NCBI GenBank assembly: GCA_963770765.1
Contig: CAVYQS010000014.1
Span: 5,453-69,452 of the forward strand
From: an uncultured Actinomycetes bacterium
GTDB taxonomy: Bacteria; Actinomycetota; Coriobacteriia; Anaerosomatales; PHET01
Reading direction: 5' to 3'
DNA: 64,000 nucleotides
Each line of letters opens with the position of its first letter. Position 1 is the first letter of the stretch. This document shows positions 34,687 through 43,956 of the stretch, piece by piece. The position numbers were made by a program, and so were the translations under genes. The notes beneath the pieces are model-generated. The model was not told the DNA's origin. It saw only the letters and a program-made list of their open reading frames with translations, and ran no database searches.

Positions 34687-36123
34687 GTGGCCGAGAAACA
34701 GAAGACGACCGCACGTGCCAAGAGCGGTACCAAGACGCTGACGGAAGACGCCGCAGCCGTGAAGCCGCCCAAGGACGTTGTGAAGAAGCCCAAGAAGTCC
34801 CCCAAGGGCGACGCAGGTAAAGCCGCTCCCGCGGAGTTCAAGCTCCCGGAGATGGACGTGCTGCTGAAGATGGGCCGTTCAAAGGGCAATCTCACCGACG
34901 AGGAGATTCAGGGCGCCCTCTCCGATGTCGAACTGAGCGAAGAACAGTTCGATCGGGTCTACACATACTTCAAAGACGCGGGCATCGAGATCGTCGAGGA
35001 CCCTTCGCATCTGCTCGACCCTGACGCGGTAGCCGACACCGTCGCCGCCGCCGAGCCTGCGGAGGCAGAATCCGGGGACAGCGACGATGAGGGTCCCGCC
35101 GCCGAGATCGCCGCTGTGGACATCGTGCTGCCCAAGGCCGCACCCAAGGCCGGCAAGAAGAAGCCCAAGAAGCGCGCGGCGGATATGTCCCACCTGGCGC
35201 CGCTCACGGGCGACCCGGTTCGCATGTACCTCAAGGAGATCGGGAAGGTCCCGCTCCTCACGGCTGCACAAGAGGTCGATCTCGCCATGAAGATCGAGGC
35301 GGGACTCGAGGCCGGTGCCAAGCTCGAAGAGGCCGCCGAGGCGGCGGGCCAGCTCGATCGCGCCGAGAAGCGCCGTCTCAACCGCATCGAGCAGGTCGGT
35401 CTCGACGCGAAGCAGCAGCTTGTCGAGGCGAACCTTCGCCTTGTCGTCTCGATCGCCAAGCGCTATGTCGGACGCGGGATGCTCTTCCTCGACCTGATTC
35501 AGGAAGGCAACCTCGGCCTCATCCGCGCCGTCGAGAAGTTCGAGTACACCAAGGGCTTCAAGTTCTCCACCTACGCTACGTGGTGGATCCGGCAGGCGAT
35601 CACCCGCGCTATCGCCGACCAGGCCAGGACCATCCGAATTCCCGTACACATGGTCGAGACGATCAACAAGCTGATCCGCATCCAGCGCCAGCTGCTCCAG
35701 GAGTTGGGCCGCGAGCCCACTCCCGAGGAGATCGGCGAGAAGATGGAGATGACCGCCGAGCGGGTCCGCGAGATCCTGAAGATCAGTCAGGAGCCGGTCA
35801 GCCTCGAGACCCCCATCGGTGAGGAAGAGGACAGCCAGCTGGGCGACTTCATCGAGGACGGAGAAGCGGTCGTACCTCCGGATGCCGCGAGCTTCTCCAT
35901 GCTGCAAGAGCAGCTTGGCAAGGTCCTCGACGGTCTTTCGGAGCGTGAGCGCAAGGTGATCGAGCTGCGGTTCGGGCTCGTCGACGGACATCCGCGGACA
36001 CTCGAGGAGGTCGGACGCGAGTTCGGGGTGACCCGGGAGCGCATTCGCCAGATCGAGAGCAAGACTCTGTGCAAGCTGCGCCACCCCAGTCGCTCGAGCC
36101 GTCTGCGCGACTATCTGGAGTAG
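34687..36123 (+). CDS. rpoD: Primary sigma-70 factor
   Basis: Regions 1.2 to 4.2 are present ([43 protein letters not shown], and [20 protein letters not shown]). GTG 34687 follows an AAGGAGAAG RBS. The N-terminal tail is basic and K/P-rich. Confidence 0.95.
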   Translation: MAEKQKTTARAKSGTKTLTEDAAAVKPPKDVVKKPKKSPKGDAGKAAPAEFKLPEMDVLLKMGRSKGNLTDEEIQGALSDVELSEEQFDRVYTYFKDAGIEIVEDPSHLLDPDAVADTVAAAEPAEAESGDSDDEGPAAEIAAVDIVLPKAAPKAGKKKPKKRAADMSHLAPLTGDPVRMYLKEIGKVPLLTAAQEVDLAMKIEAGLEAGAKLEEAAEAAGQLDRAEKRRLNRIEQVGLDAKQQLVEANLRLVVSIAKRYVGRGMLFLDLIQEGNLGLIRAVEKFEYTKGFKFSTYATWWIRQAITRAIADQARTIRIPVHMVETINKLIRIQRQLLQELGREPTPEEIGEKMEMTAERVREILKISQEPVSLETPIGEEEDSQLGDFIEDGEAVVPPDAASFSMLQEQLGKVLDGLSERERKVIELRFGLVDGHPRTLEEVGREFGVTRERIRQIESKTLCKLRHPSRSSRLRDYLE

Positions 36124-36155
36124 GCGCTTGGCGCGATTGCGGAGTGTGAAACGAC

Positions 36156-36181
36156 GAAGGCCCCGCGAATGCGGGGCCTTC
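36156..36181. terminator. Perfect 11-bp hairpin GAAGGCCCCGC-GAAT-GCGGGGCCTTC between convergent rpoD and tRNA-Asn
   Basis: The structure was read directly. It lies 33 nt after the rpoD stop and 11 nt from the tRNA-Asn 3' end, so it is plausibly bidirectional. Confidence 0.7.
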
Positions 36182-36191
36182 GGTGTGTTCT

Positions 36192-36267
<76 letters not shown>

Positions 36268-36527
36268 GTATCAACGCGCGTGCGGCGCGAAACGGAAGTA
36301 TACGCAACCTGGCGCGGGGTGTGCAAGATGAATACCGCAAGGCACTCCGCGGCTGCGGCGACCCCGCGCGAAACGGTCTGCGACACCGCGTGTGCCGATG
36401 AGCGCACGGCGTCGCCGTGGCTCTCACACCATGGGGCGCCCTGACGTATAATCAACCGTCGATTCGCGGTCGCGTGTCGGGAATCGTCGGGTCGGCGTGG
36501 CTTGGCGCCGACCGTCGTATCTGGTGC

Positions 36528-36602
36528 GGGCCCGTAGCTCAATGGTGGAGCAGGGGACTCATAATCCCTTGGTTGTAGGTTCGAATCCTACCGGGCCCAC
36601 CA
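36528..36602 (+). tRNA. tRNA with CAT anticodon (elongator Met, or Ile2 if lysidine-modified), CCA encoded
   Basis: The acceptor is GGGCCCG/CGGGCCC with a paired 1:72, so it is not an initiator. The anticodon loop is CTCATAA and the T arm is GTAGG-TTCGAAT-CCTAC. Length is 75 nt. Confidence 0.9.
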
Positions 36603-36614
36603 CGAGAGGTCGCT

Positions 36615-37721
36615 ATGTCCAAAGGCCACAGAAAGTCGCGCGCGCACAGTGCGCCTCGGCTCAGGAAGCGCTCACCTTACCCGGTGATCGCGTGGGTGAT
36701 CGCTGCTGCGGCCATCCTGGGTGTGGTCGCGACGGCAGTCGGACTCAGTGCGCTGGCAAGCCCTCGCGCTCAGGCCGAACCGGTCGCCGTTCCGTCACCT
36801 CCGGACGTCTCGGTACAGCAGACGCAGACCGTGGCACCATCGCGTGTCGAGGTTCCGCCGCTGAGCGGTCTGTCGCTCACCGAGGCCGAGACGGTGCTGT
36901 CGGCGGCGGACCTCGCCATACGGGTCCGCTCTGAGGGCAGTCTGAGCGAGCACGGCGTCCTGCTCGTCGTGGACCAAGAACCAGCCGCAGGTGTGCTGAC
37001 GGATGCTTCGTCATCCATCACCGTCACCGTCCGCAGCGTGGAACCCACGGCGACCGAGGCCACGGAGAAGCCCGATGAGGACGCGGCTCCTGAGTATGTA
37101 GTCTGCATCGATCCTGGCCATCAGGCCCGTGCCGACGCGACCCCGGAGCCGGTTGGTCCCGGTTCGAAGACCGTCAAGCCGAGCGTGAGCGGGGGGGCGA
37201 CCGGGGTCAAGACCAGGGTGCCGGAGTACGAGATCGCGATGCAGATATCGATGAATCTCAAGCAAGAGCTCGAGGCGCGCGGCGTCAAGGTCGTGATGAC
37301 CAGAACCACCAACGACGTGAATCTGAGCAATTCGGAGCGCGCCATGATCGCCAATCGCGCTGAGGCCGACCTGCTCATTCGAATCCATGGTGACGGGAGC
37401 CCCGAGGCGTCCACCGCAGGGCTGTCCACGTTGTACCCGGCCAAGAACAAGTGGACGAGCCCGGTAGCCTCCGATTCGCAGCGTGCCGCCAGGCTCATCC
37501 AGTCAGCAGCCATCGGCGCCACCGGCGCTGTCGATCGCGGCATCAAGCAGAGAGGCGACCTGACCGGCTTCAACTGGTCTGAAGTCCCCTCGGTGCTGGT
37601 GGAGTGCGGGTTCTTGTCGAATCCGGTCGAGGACCGGCTGTTGGCCAGCCCCCACTATCAGGACAAGCTCGCGCGCGGTATCGCCGACGGGGCTCTGCGG
37701 TTCTTGGGGGAGAGTCGCTAG
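36615..37721 (+). CDS. Membrane-anchored N-acetylmuramoyl-L-alanine amidase (Amidase_3) with a PASTA-like domain
   Basis: It has a TM anchor and a PASTA-like segment (VEVPPLSGLSLTEAETVLSAADLAIRV...VVDQEPAAG...ITVTV). The Amidase_3 core follows (VCIDPGHQ...EYEIAMQI...ADLLIRIHGDG...ECGFLSNPVE). Confidence 0.8.
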   Translation: MSKGHRKSRAHSAPRLRKRSPYPVIAWVIAAAAILGVVATAVGLSALASPRAQAEPVAVPSPPDVSVQQTQTVAPSRVEVPPLSGLSLTEAETVLSAADLAIRVRSEGSLSEHGVLLVVDQEPAAGVLTDASSSITVTVRSVEPTATEATEKPDEDAAPEYVVCIDPGHQARADATPEPVGPGSKTVKPSVSGGATGVKTRVPEYEIAMQISMNLKQELEARGVKVVMTRTTNDVNLSNSERAMIANRAEADLLIRIHGDGSPEASTAGLSTLYPAKNKWTSPVASDSQRAARLIQSAAIGATGAVDRGIKQRGDLTGFNWSEVPSVLVECGFLSNPVEDRLLASPHYQDKLARGIADGALRFLGESR

Positions 37722-38404
37722 TGTCCCGAACCACGCGCTCTGCGCTCGTTGGCGTCCTCGTCGGGGTACTGTGCGTCGGTGCGGTCGCGGCCCTGCTGAT
37801 CTGGGGGCCCCTCGACCTGCCTCGACCCGAGGCGCCACGCTCCTTGCTTGTCGTGTGTGCCGTTCCAGAGGAGTCCGGGACCGAGGTGGCCGGACTCACA
37901 TTCGTGGTCGACACACGTAGCGGCGAGGTGTCCGCCACCGATCCCTTCGCCGCGGGGACGGTGCCTGGCACCAGCGCGGGCACTCCACGGGAGGCACTGC
38001 CCTTCGGCGGTGGGAAGACGGTCGCGGTCGCCTTGAGTCCCCAGACCGGCGAGCCGGACATCGCATGGATCGTTCTACCCGTCGCGACATGGAGCATGCT
38101 TGTCGACGAGGCGGGTGGAATCGAGGTCGACGTGCCCGTCGCCATCAGCACCTACCGGGAGGGCGAACTGACCTCTCTGAGTCCGGGTCCTCAGCGGCTG
38201 TCCGGTGCTCAGACAGCCGCGCTGACGAGCGCTGCCAGCCATCTCGATGCGGAGACGAGGAGCAAGGTCGTCGACGAGCTGACCGCGTCGGTCGGCTCGG
38301 TCGTGGCACGTTCGGGTCCGCGGCTCAGCGAGTCTGTCGCCACGGGCGCGGCGCTAAGCTCTCTGCAGCCCGAAGACATGCCGGTTCTCCCGGCGAAGCA
38401 GTAG
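37721..38404 (+). CDS. Membrane-anchored protein, possibly a divergent LytR-CpsA-Psr (LCP) family member
   Basis: GTG 37721 overlaps the amidase stop. It has an N-terminal TM helix. The segment PFGGGKTVAVALS...WIVLPVATWSMLVDEAGGIEVDVPVAI resembles the LCP core pattern, but the similarity is weak. Confidence 0.35.
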   Translation: MSRTTRSALVGVLVGVLCVGAVAALLIWGPLDLPRPEAPRSLLVVCAVPEESGTEVAGLTFVVDTRSGEVSATDPFAAGTVPGTSAGTPREALPFGGGKTVAVALSPQTGEPDIAWIVLPVATWSMLVDEAGGIEVDVPVAISTYREGELTSLSPGPQRLSGAQTAALTSAASHLDAETRSKVVDELTASVGSVVARSGPRLSESVATGAALSSLQPEDMPVLPAKQ

Positions 38405-38538
38405 TCGCGCGGTTCATGCGGCAGGAAGTTCGTGCCGATAAAGTCTCAGGACGAAAGACCAATACCTCTATACTCGCAAGAGGTGGCGGCTCGTGATGCG
38501 ACGGGGCGCCTGGACCGTTAGGGAGTACGGGCTGCACG

Positions 38539-39312
38539 ATGGGCAATCAGTCTCGCACGTCTCGTCGCTCGGTGATGATGGCTGCTATCGCACTCGTGCT
38601 CGCCGCGAGCGTTCTCGGAGCAGCGTATCTGACGCTTGACGGTGCTCGCGTTCTCTCGGATATGTGGAGTGGCCTTGCTGACGCGACGCCCTCCGAACCC
38701 CCCGTCTCGGCCCAGGACCCGGGACCGCCCGAATCGCAGGGCCTTGACCTGCCGCCGGGCATGAGCGAGGAGTTCGCCCTGCGCCTGTGGCAAGAGCAGC
38801 TGGATTCCCAGCGTGTCATCACCCAGCTCGTGGACGGCGAAGTCCGCTCTCTGCGCATCAGCGGTGTCGAGCGCGCGGGCGACGAGGCCCGTCTCCTCAG
38901 CACCATGACTCTGAAGGACGGCTCCACGGTACCCGGCGTGATCGGGATGCGGGCGATCGGCGGCGTATGGTACGTGGCGTACGCGAGTGCCCAATCTGAC
39001 AGCGCCGCCGCCGTCGCACCCACGTCCGAACTGCCCACCGTCGACGAGGTGGACACCGATATGCTCAACACGATCATCGCGGAACAGACGGACAGCGCAA
39101 AGGTCACTCAGGAGTATGTGGACGGCAAGATCGAGGCGGTTTCGGTGAAAACCGTCACCATGGGGCCCAATACCGCTACGATTACCCTGGAGATGAACGA
39201 GGATCACGAAGAGGGGTACGCCGACATCGTCGCTGTGAAGCAGAGTGTCGACGGGGAAGACATGTGGTTCCTCGCGCGGTTCGACAAGACCCTCACCGCC
39301 TCCGGACAGTAG
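38539..39312 (+). CDS. Hypothetical membrane-anchored or secreted protein with an internal two-fold duplication
   Basis: It has an N-terminal TM or signal segment (MMAAIALVLAASVLGAAYL). Two ~80-aa segments share a common pattern (Q..S..VI/T..LVDG.V/I...I/V..V...). I recognise no family. Confidence 0.45.
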   Translation: MGNQSRTSRRSVMMAAIALVLAASVLGAAYLTLDGARVLSDMWSGLADATPSEPPVSAQDPGPPESQGLDLPPGMSEEFALRLWQEQLDSQRVITQLVDGEVRSLRISGVERAGDEARLLSTMTLKDGSTVPGVIGMRAIGGVWYVAYASAQSDSAAAVAPTSELPTVDEVDTDMLNTIIAEQTDSAKVTQEYVDGKIEAVSVKTVTMGPNTATITLEMNEDHEEGYADIVAVKQSVDGEDMWFLARFDKTLTASGQ

Positions 39313-39347
39313 CGTCGCCCGCCGTACGAGAAGGGTCCCCATAGCCC

Positions 39348-41138
39348 GTGGAGCTTCGCGACTACCTCAACGTCATACGCACGCGCCGAGGCATCATCGT
39401 ACTGGCGACCGTGATCGTAGCGGTCGTGGCTTTGGCCGTCAGCCTCGTCCAGCCGCGTGTCTATTCGGCCCAGACGAAGGTCCTCATCTCCGAGAAGGAC
39501 ACTGGAGCAGCGCTGTTCGGAACCGTCCTGCCGGAACTGTCCAGTCAGCCCGAGCGCGCGCTGCAGACGCAGGTGCAGCTCGTGGAGGTTCGCCCCGTTG
39601 CAGAGGCGACGGTCAAGAAGCTCGGACTTCAGATCACTCCCGATCGGCTGCTCGAACGAATCGATGTCTCGGCCATCGGACAGACCAACGTGATCGCCAT
39701 CGAGGTCACGGCTCCCTCGGCGCGCGAGGCCAGAGACATCGCGAACACCATGGCCGACGAGTACGTGCTGGCGTCGCGTGACCGCAAACGCTCCTCGATA
39801 CGCGAGGCCGCCGACGAAGTCGAGCAGCGCCTGAATCAGACCCGCGAGGACATCCTCGCGTTGGGGAGGCGAGTGACGGAGTCCGGGCGTTCAGACGAGC
39901 TGGCCGCCGAGCTGCAGATCGCGACGGATACCTTCTCGACGCTCGCAGAGAAGTACGAGCAGCTGCGAATCAACGAGCGCCTCGAGAGCGGCTCGGGCGC
40001 AGTGGTGCAAGCGGCTGTCATCGACATCGATCCCATTTCACCCAACATTCCTCGCAACGTGCTCGTCGGGGCGATCGTTGGTTTGGTGCTGGGCTTGGGC
40101 CTCGCGTTTCTGAACAACTATCTGGACAACACGATCAAGTCCACCGAGGAAGCCGAGAAGGTATACGGTGCCACCGTTCTGGGCATCGTGCCCATCGACA
40201 AACACGATAAGGGCACGAAGCGCCGTCTGACCATCGTTGAAGCTCCCGGATCGGCCTCGTCTGAGGCGTATCGCGTGATACGCAACTCGCTGGATTTCAT
40301 CAACTTCGAGAACAACCTCAAGTCCCTGCTGGTCACTTCAGCCGCTCCCGCTGAGGGCAAGTCGACGGTGGCGGCGAACCTCGCGATGTCACTGGCGCAG
40401 TCGGGCAAGAAGGTCGTCTTGGTCTCATGCGACTTCCGTCGTCCTACCACCGACCAGTTCTTCGCCGTAAACAATGAAGTCGGCCTCTCGGAGGTCTTGC
40501 TGGGCACTCACCCCTGAAGTCCGCGCTTCAGCGGCCCGGCGACGAGCAGCTGCTCGTCCTGACCCCGGGGAAGATGCCGCCTAATCCCAACGAGCTTCTC
40601 GGCTCGCTGAAGATGCAGGAAGTCATCAAGAGCCTCGAGGAGTGGGCCGACTGGGTGATCGTCGATACCCCGCCCATACTGGCCGTCGCCGACCCGGTCT
40701 CTGTGGCGCGCTGGGTCGACGGCGTGCTCATGGTCAGCAAGGCCGGCGTGACCACCCGCGATGCTGCGCTGCGCGCCGTTCGAGCTCATCGGGAAGGTCG
40801 GGGCGCGTGTCATCGGCGTCGCGGTGTGGGGCCTCGATGACGCCAAGAACCGCCTCGGCTATGGCTACGGCTACGGTCACTACACCGGCGGCTACTACTA
40901 CAACCGTTCGGAGTACTCGTCGGCGACGTCTGCCAAGGACGCCGAGAGCGTCGACCAGACCGGTCCGAACTGGGTGCAGGAGTCGGCTGGCCGTCGGGTC
41001 GCGAGAATGGTCGGGCGCGGGCTGACGGGTGTGCTCGTCTTCCTAGCCGTGATTGCGGTGATCGCGGCTGCCGCCTACTTGGCTGATCAGTATTTCGGTT
41101 TGGGCCTCACCGAGTACGTCAACGATTTCATCGGCTGA
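39348..41138 (+). pseudogene. Wzz-type chain-length regulator fused to a BY-type tyrosine autokinase, with two frame breaks
   Basis: It has a Wzz N-terminus with a TM helix, Walker A APAEGKSTVAANLA, PPNPNELL, Walker B VIVDTPP and the Tyr cluster GYGYGYGHYTGGYYYNRSEY. The first break is at the C4 run 40511-40514; adding one C restores ...GTHPLKSALQRPG.... The second is near 40776; removing one C restores ...LRAFELIGKVG.... Confidence 0.85.
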
Positions 41139-41155
41139 CCAGCAATGGGATTGAG

Positions 41156-42610
41156 GTGAATGAGGACGCGGTGACAGACTCCGCTTCAGGCGCGTGCCCT
41201 CGTCGTGGCGTGCTCTCGAACTTCCTGAACCTTGGCGCCTCCTCGGTCGTCGGGAGCTTGCTCGCCCTGTGGGCTACCGCCCACCTCGCCCGCGCACTTG
41301 GCGTCCAGTCCTTTGGCGCGTTCAATCTGGGCCGGACCCTTGTTGGATACGCGCTGATTCCCACGACCTTCGGTATCACCGTTACGGCATCTCGGGCCAT
41401 CTCATCAAGAAGCGACGGATACGCGGAGCTCGCCGGTACCGTGGTGGTGATGCGGGCTGCGATGGGGCTGTTAGGTCTGGCGGCGCTCGGGATCATCTGG
41501 GTCTTCGTCCCTAACCCTGCGACTCGAGCCGCTCTTGCCTCGATGGCCCTTGTTGTCCCGCTGACGGCCGTAAACGTCGACTGGCTGTACGGCGCCCATG
41601 AGGACCAACGGTGGCCCGGCGCTGTGAGAACGCTCGGTCGTGCAGCATACGCTGCCATGGTTGTCATGGCCGTGTCGATGCCTGCCGACCTACGGCTCGC
41701 GGGCATCGCGCTCTGCATCGAGGCGCTGCTGGTGGCTGTGCTGATGTGGTATCCGGCGCGACGCTGGGTGCTCTTCAAGCGTTCGGCGCTCACGCTCAAA
41801 GCGATGTGGGCGCATCTTCGGGACTCCGTGCACGTGGGAACTGCTGGTCTGGCTCAGAGGCTTAAGACCAATGCCGATCTTCTGATACTTGGCGTGGCCG
41901 GAACTGCCAGTGCGGTGGGATACTACTCAGCGGCGTACCGGCTGGTGCTATTCGTCAATGCGCTTGCGGGCCTCTACGCTACTGTGCTACTCCCGCGAAT
42001 CGCGAGGGCCGCAGCCGAGGGTGACGCGCGCAGGGTCGCGTCCGCGGGACTCAAGATGAGTGTCGTAGTAGGCGTAGCGGTTAGCGCTGGAGGGGCCGCT
42101 GTTGCGGGTCTGGCGATCACGACCCTCATGGGCGCCCAATACGCTCCTGCATCGGGTGTGACGACGATTCTGATGATTGCCGCCGGATTCGTCGTCATCA
42201 GTCTCTCTTTGGGCTATACGATGATTGCGATGGGCGACGAGCGGGCTTACGGAGCGGTCGCAACGGCGGCTGCTGTCACAAACATCGCGGTCAATCTGAT
42301 CGTCATCCCTCGGTTCGGCATGATGGGCGCCGCGGTTACAACGCTGCTTACTGAGATCGGCTTGGCGGTCGGCGCTGGCGTGCTCGTTCGCCGCTTCAGC
42401 GGGCAGTCGCCATTCTCAGCGGGTTGGCTTGCACGAGCAATATTGCTGGCCTCCGTCGTCTTCGGCGTACCATGGGCCATTCTGCAAGCAGGCGGTGGGC
42501 TGTGGTTGGCGGTCTTGGCGGGCGTCGCGACCTGGATGGCGGCCACTCCGCTCTTTGCACTCGTGAGACCCGCTGATATCCGTGCCCTGACCAAGGAGAC
42601 GACGTCGTGA
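41156..42610 (+). CDS. wzx: Wzx-type polysaccharide flippase (MOP superfamily)
   Basis: It is a 484-aa polytopic membrane protein with the typical MOP/PST sequence pattern, in a polysaccharide-locus context. Confidence 0.75.
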   Translation: MNEDAVTDSASGACPRRGVLSNFLNLGASSVVGSLLALWATAHLARALGVQSFGAFNLGRTLVGYALIPTTFGITVTASRAISSRSDGYAELAGTVVVMRAAMGLLGLAALGIIWVFVPNPATRAALASMALVVPLTAVNVDWLYGAHEDQRWPGAVRTLGRAAYAAMVVMAVSMPADLRLAGIALCIEALLVAVLMWYPARRWVLFKRSALTLKAMWAHLRDSVHVGTAGLAQRLKTNADLLILGVAGTASAVGYYSAAYRLVLFVNALAGLYATVLLPRIARAAAEGDARRVASAGLKMSVVVGVAVSAGGAAVAGLAITTLMGAQYAPASGVTTILMIAAGFVVISLSLGYTMIAMGDERAYGAVATAAAVTNIAVNLIVIPRFGMMGAAVTTLLTEIGLAVGAGVLVRRFSGQSPFSAGWLARAILLASVVFGVPWAILQAGGGLWLAVLAGVATWMAATPLFALVRPADIRALTKETTS

Positions 42611-43956
42611 CGAAACACGAGGGTGTCGGCTCTCGCGCTCTCCTCGTGTTGGTGACTGTCGCGGCCGGCGTTGGACTGGGGGTTGTCGTCGCCCTGATGC
42701 CCGCTCTCGTTGGCATCTTGCTGGCGACGGCGCTGTTCGTCGCCGTCTACTTCGTTGCTCCGAGAGCTTCGCTGCCTTTCATCGTGCTCGGCTTGCTGCT
42801 CTTGATTCCTCTCGACCACGTCGGGCCATTTCGTGAGGACTATCTTGGGATGCCGATCTTCGCGATCGCCACACTCGGAGCCTTGCTCTCGCTTCTTTCG
42901 CCGCGCCGTCCCCTGCAGAAGCTGGCCACGAGTAGCTGGGACGTCGGGGTCTTGGCACTCTCAATCGTCATCGTTGCCTCGGTGAATGGCTTGACCGGAG
43001 GAATCAGGCAGGCGGGTATGCTCGTTGCTGGTGTGCTCTTCTACTTGTGGATACGAGCGGCGAGTGCACCCGAGGAGAACACGGCCCGCTGGCTCCTCCA
43101 GACAGTCTTCTTCGTTGGGGCGATTCAGGGGTTGCTCACCATAGCGGAGCGGACGCTGGGAGCTCGACAGTTCGCGGCACTGGTCCCACTCTACGAACCG
43201 GCATTCAAGGAGTTCACCCTCACCTTGGGCAGCAGGGCGACCGCACTCGCCGGACACCCGCTGCGACTTGGCGCGATTGAGATGACGGCACTGATAGCCG
43301 GAGTCGCCCTTTCGCGGGATACCCGCGGGCCGCAGTTGGCGGTTCGCGTCGTTCTGATCGTACTGTGCGCTGTTGGGCTCGTGTCGAGCGGAGCTAGGGG
43401 AGCGTGGCTGGGAGCGGTCATCGGTGTGATCGCGATGCTTGCCGTGACGCCGGGCAAGCAGTCCCACCGGTTCGCGATTCGACTGTCCATTGGCGGTGCG
43501 CTCGCGTGGGTGGCGCTGGAGTTCCTCGACCTCTTCCCCCTCGTCTACGAGAGTCTCTTCGGAACAGCCGTGAGGCCGGCGTCCGTTGGGCAGCGGGTGG
43601 GTGTGTTGGGGGCGACGCTGGCCATCTGGCTGCAAAGACCACTTCTCGGCTACGGTTTCGGGACTTACCTGCAAGAAGTCTTCGCTCAAGGGTTCAGATT
43701 CTCGAACACGGAGAACGAATACGTGAACTTCTTGCTGGCCGGCGGGCTGCTTGGGTTTCTCGCATTCGGACTAGTGCTTGCGCGAGCGCTTATCATGTCG
43801 TGGAGGTTTCGACGCGTACCTGTTGCTCCAGCGCTGTTCGGTCTCCTGGCAGCATGGGCGTTCGACATTGGAACGTTCAACACCTTCTCGTGGAGCGCGG
43901 CTTTCCCCCTGTTCATGGCAGTTGTCGCGGTGACTCATGATGTTGCACCACAGTAG
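42607..43956 (+). CDS. O-antigen ligase/polymerase-like membrane protein (Wzy-like)
   Basis: It is 449 aa with ~10-12 TM helices and a Wzy_C-like motif (SSGARGAWLGAVIGV). It has a 4-nt overlap with wzx. Confidence 0.65.
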   Translation: MTKHEGVGSRALLVLVTVAAGVGLGVVVALMPALVGILLATALFVAVYFVAPRASLPFIVLGLLLLIPLDHVGPFREDYLGMPIFAIATLGALLSLLSPRRPLQKLATSSWDVGVLALSIVIVASVNGLTGGIRQAGMLVAGVLFYLWIRAASAPEENTARWLLQTVFFVGAIQGLLTIAERTLGARQFAALVPLYEPAFKEFTLTLGSRATALAGHPLRLGAIEMTALIAGVALSRDTRGPQLAVRVVLIVLCAVGLVSSGARGAWLGAVIGVIAMLAVTPGKQSHRFAIRLSIGGALAWVALEFLDLFPLVYESLFGTAVRPASVGQRVGVLGATLAIWLQRPLLGYGFGTYLQEVFAQGFRFSNTENEYVNFLLAGGLLGFLAFGLVLARALIMSWRFRRVPVAPALFGLLAAWAFDIGTFNTFSWSAAFPLFMAVVAVTHDVAPQ

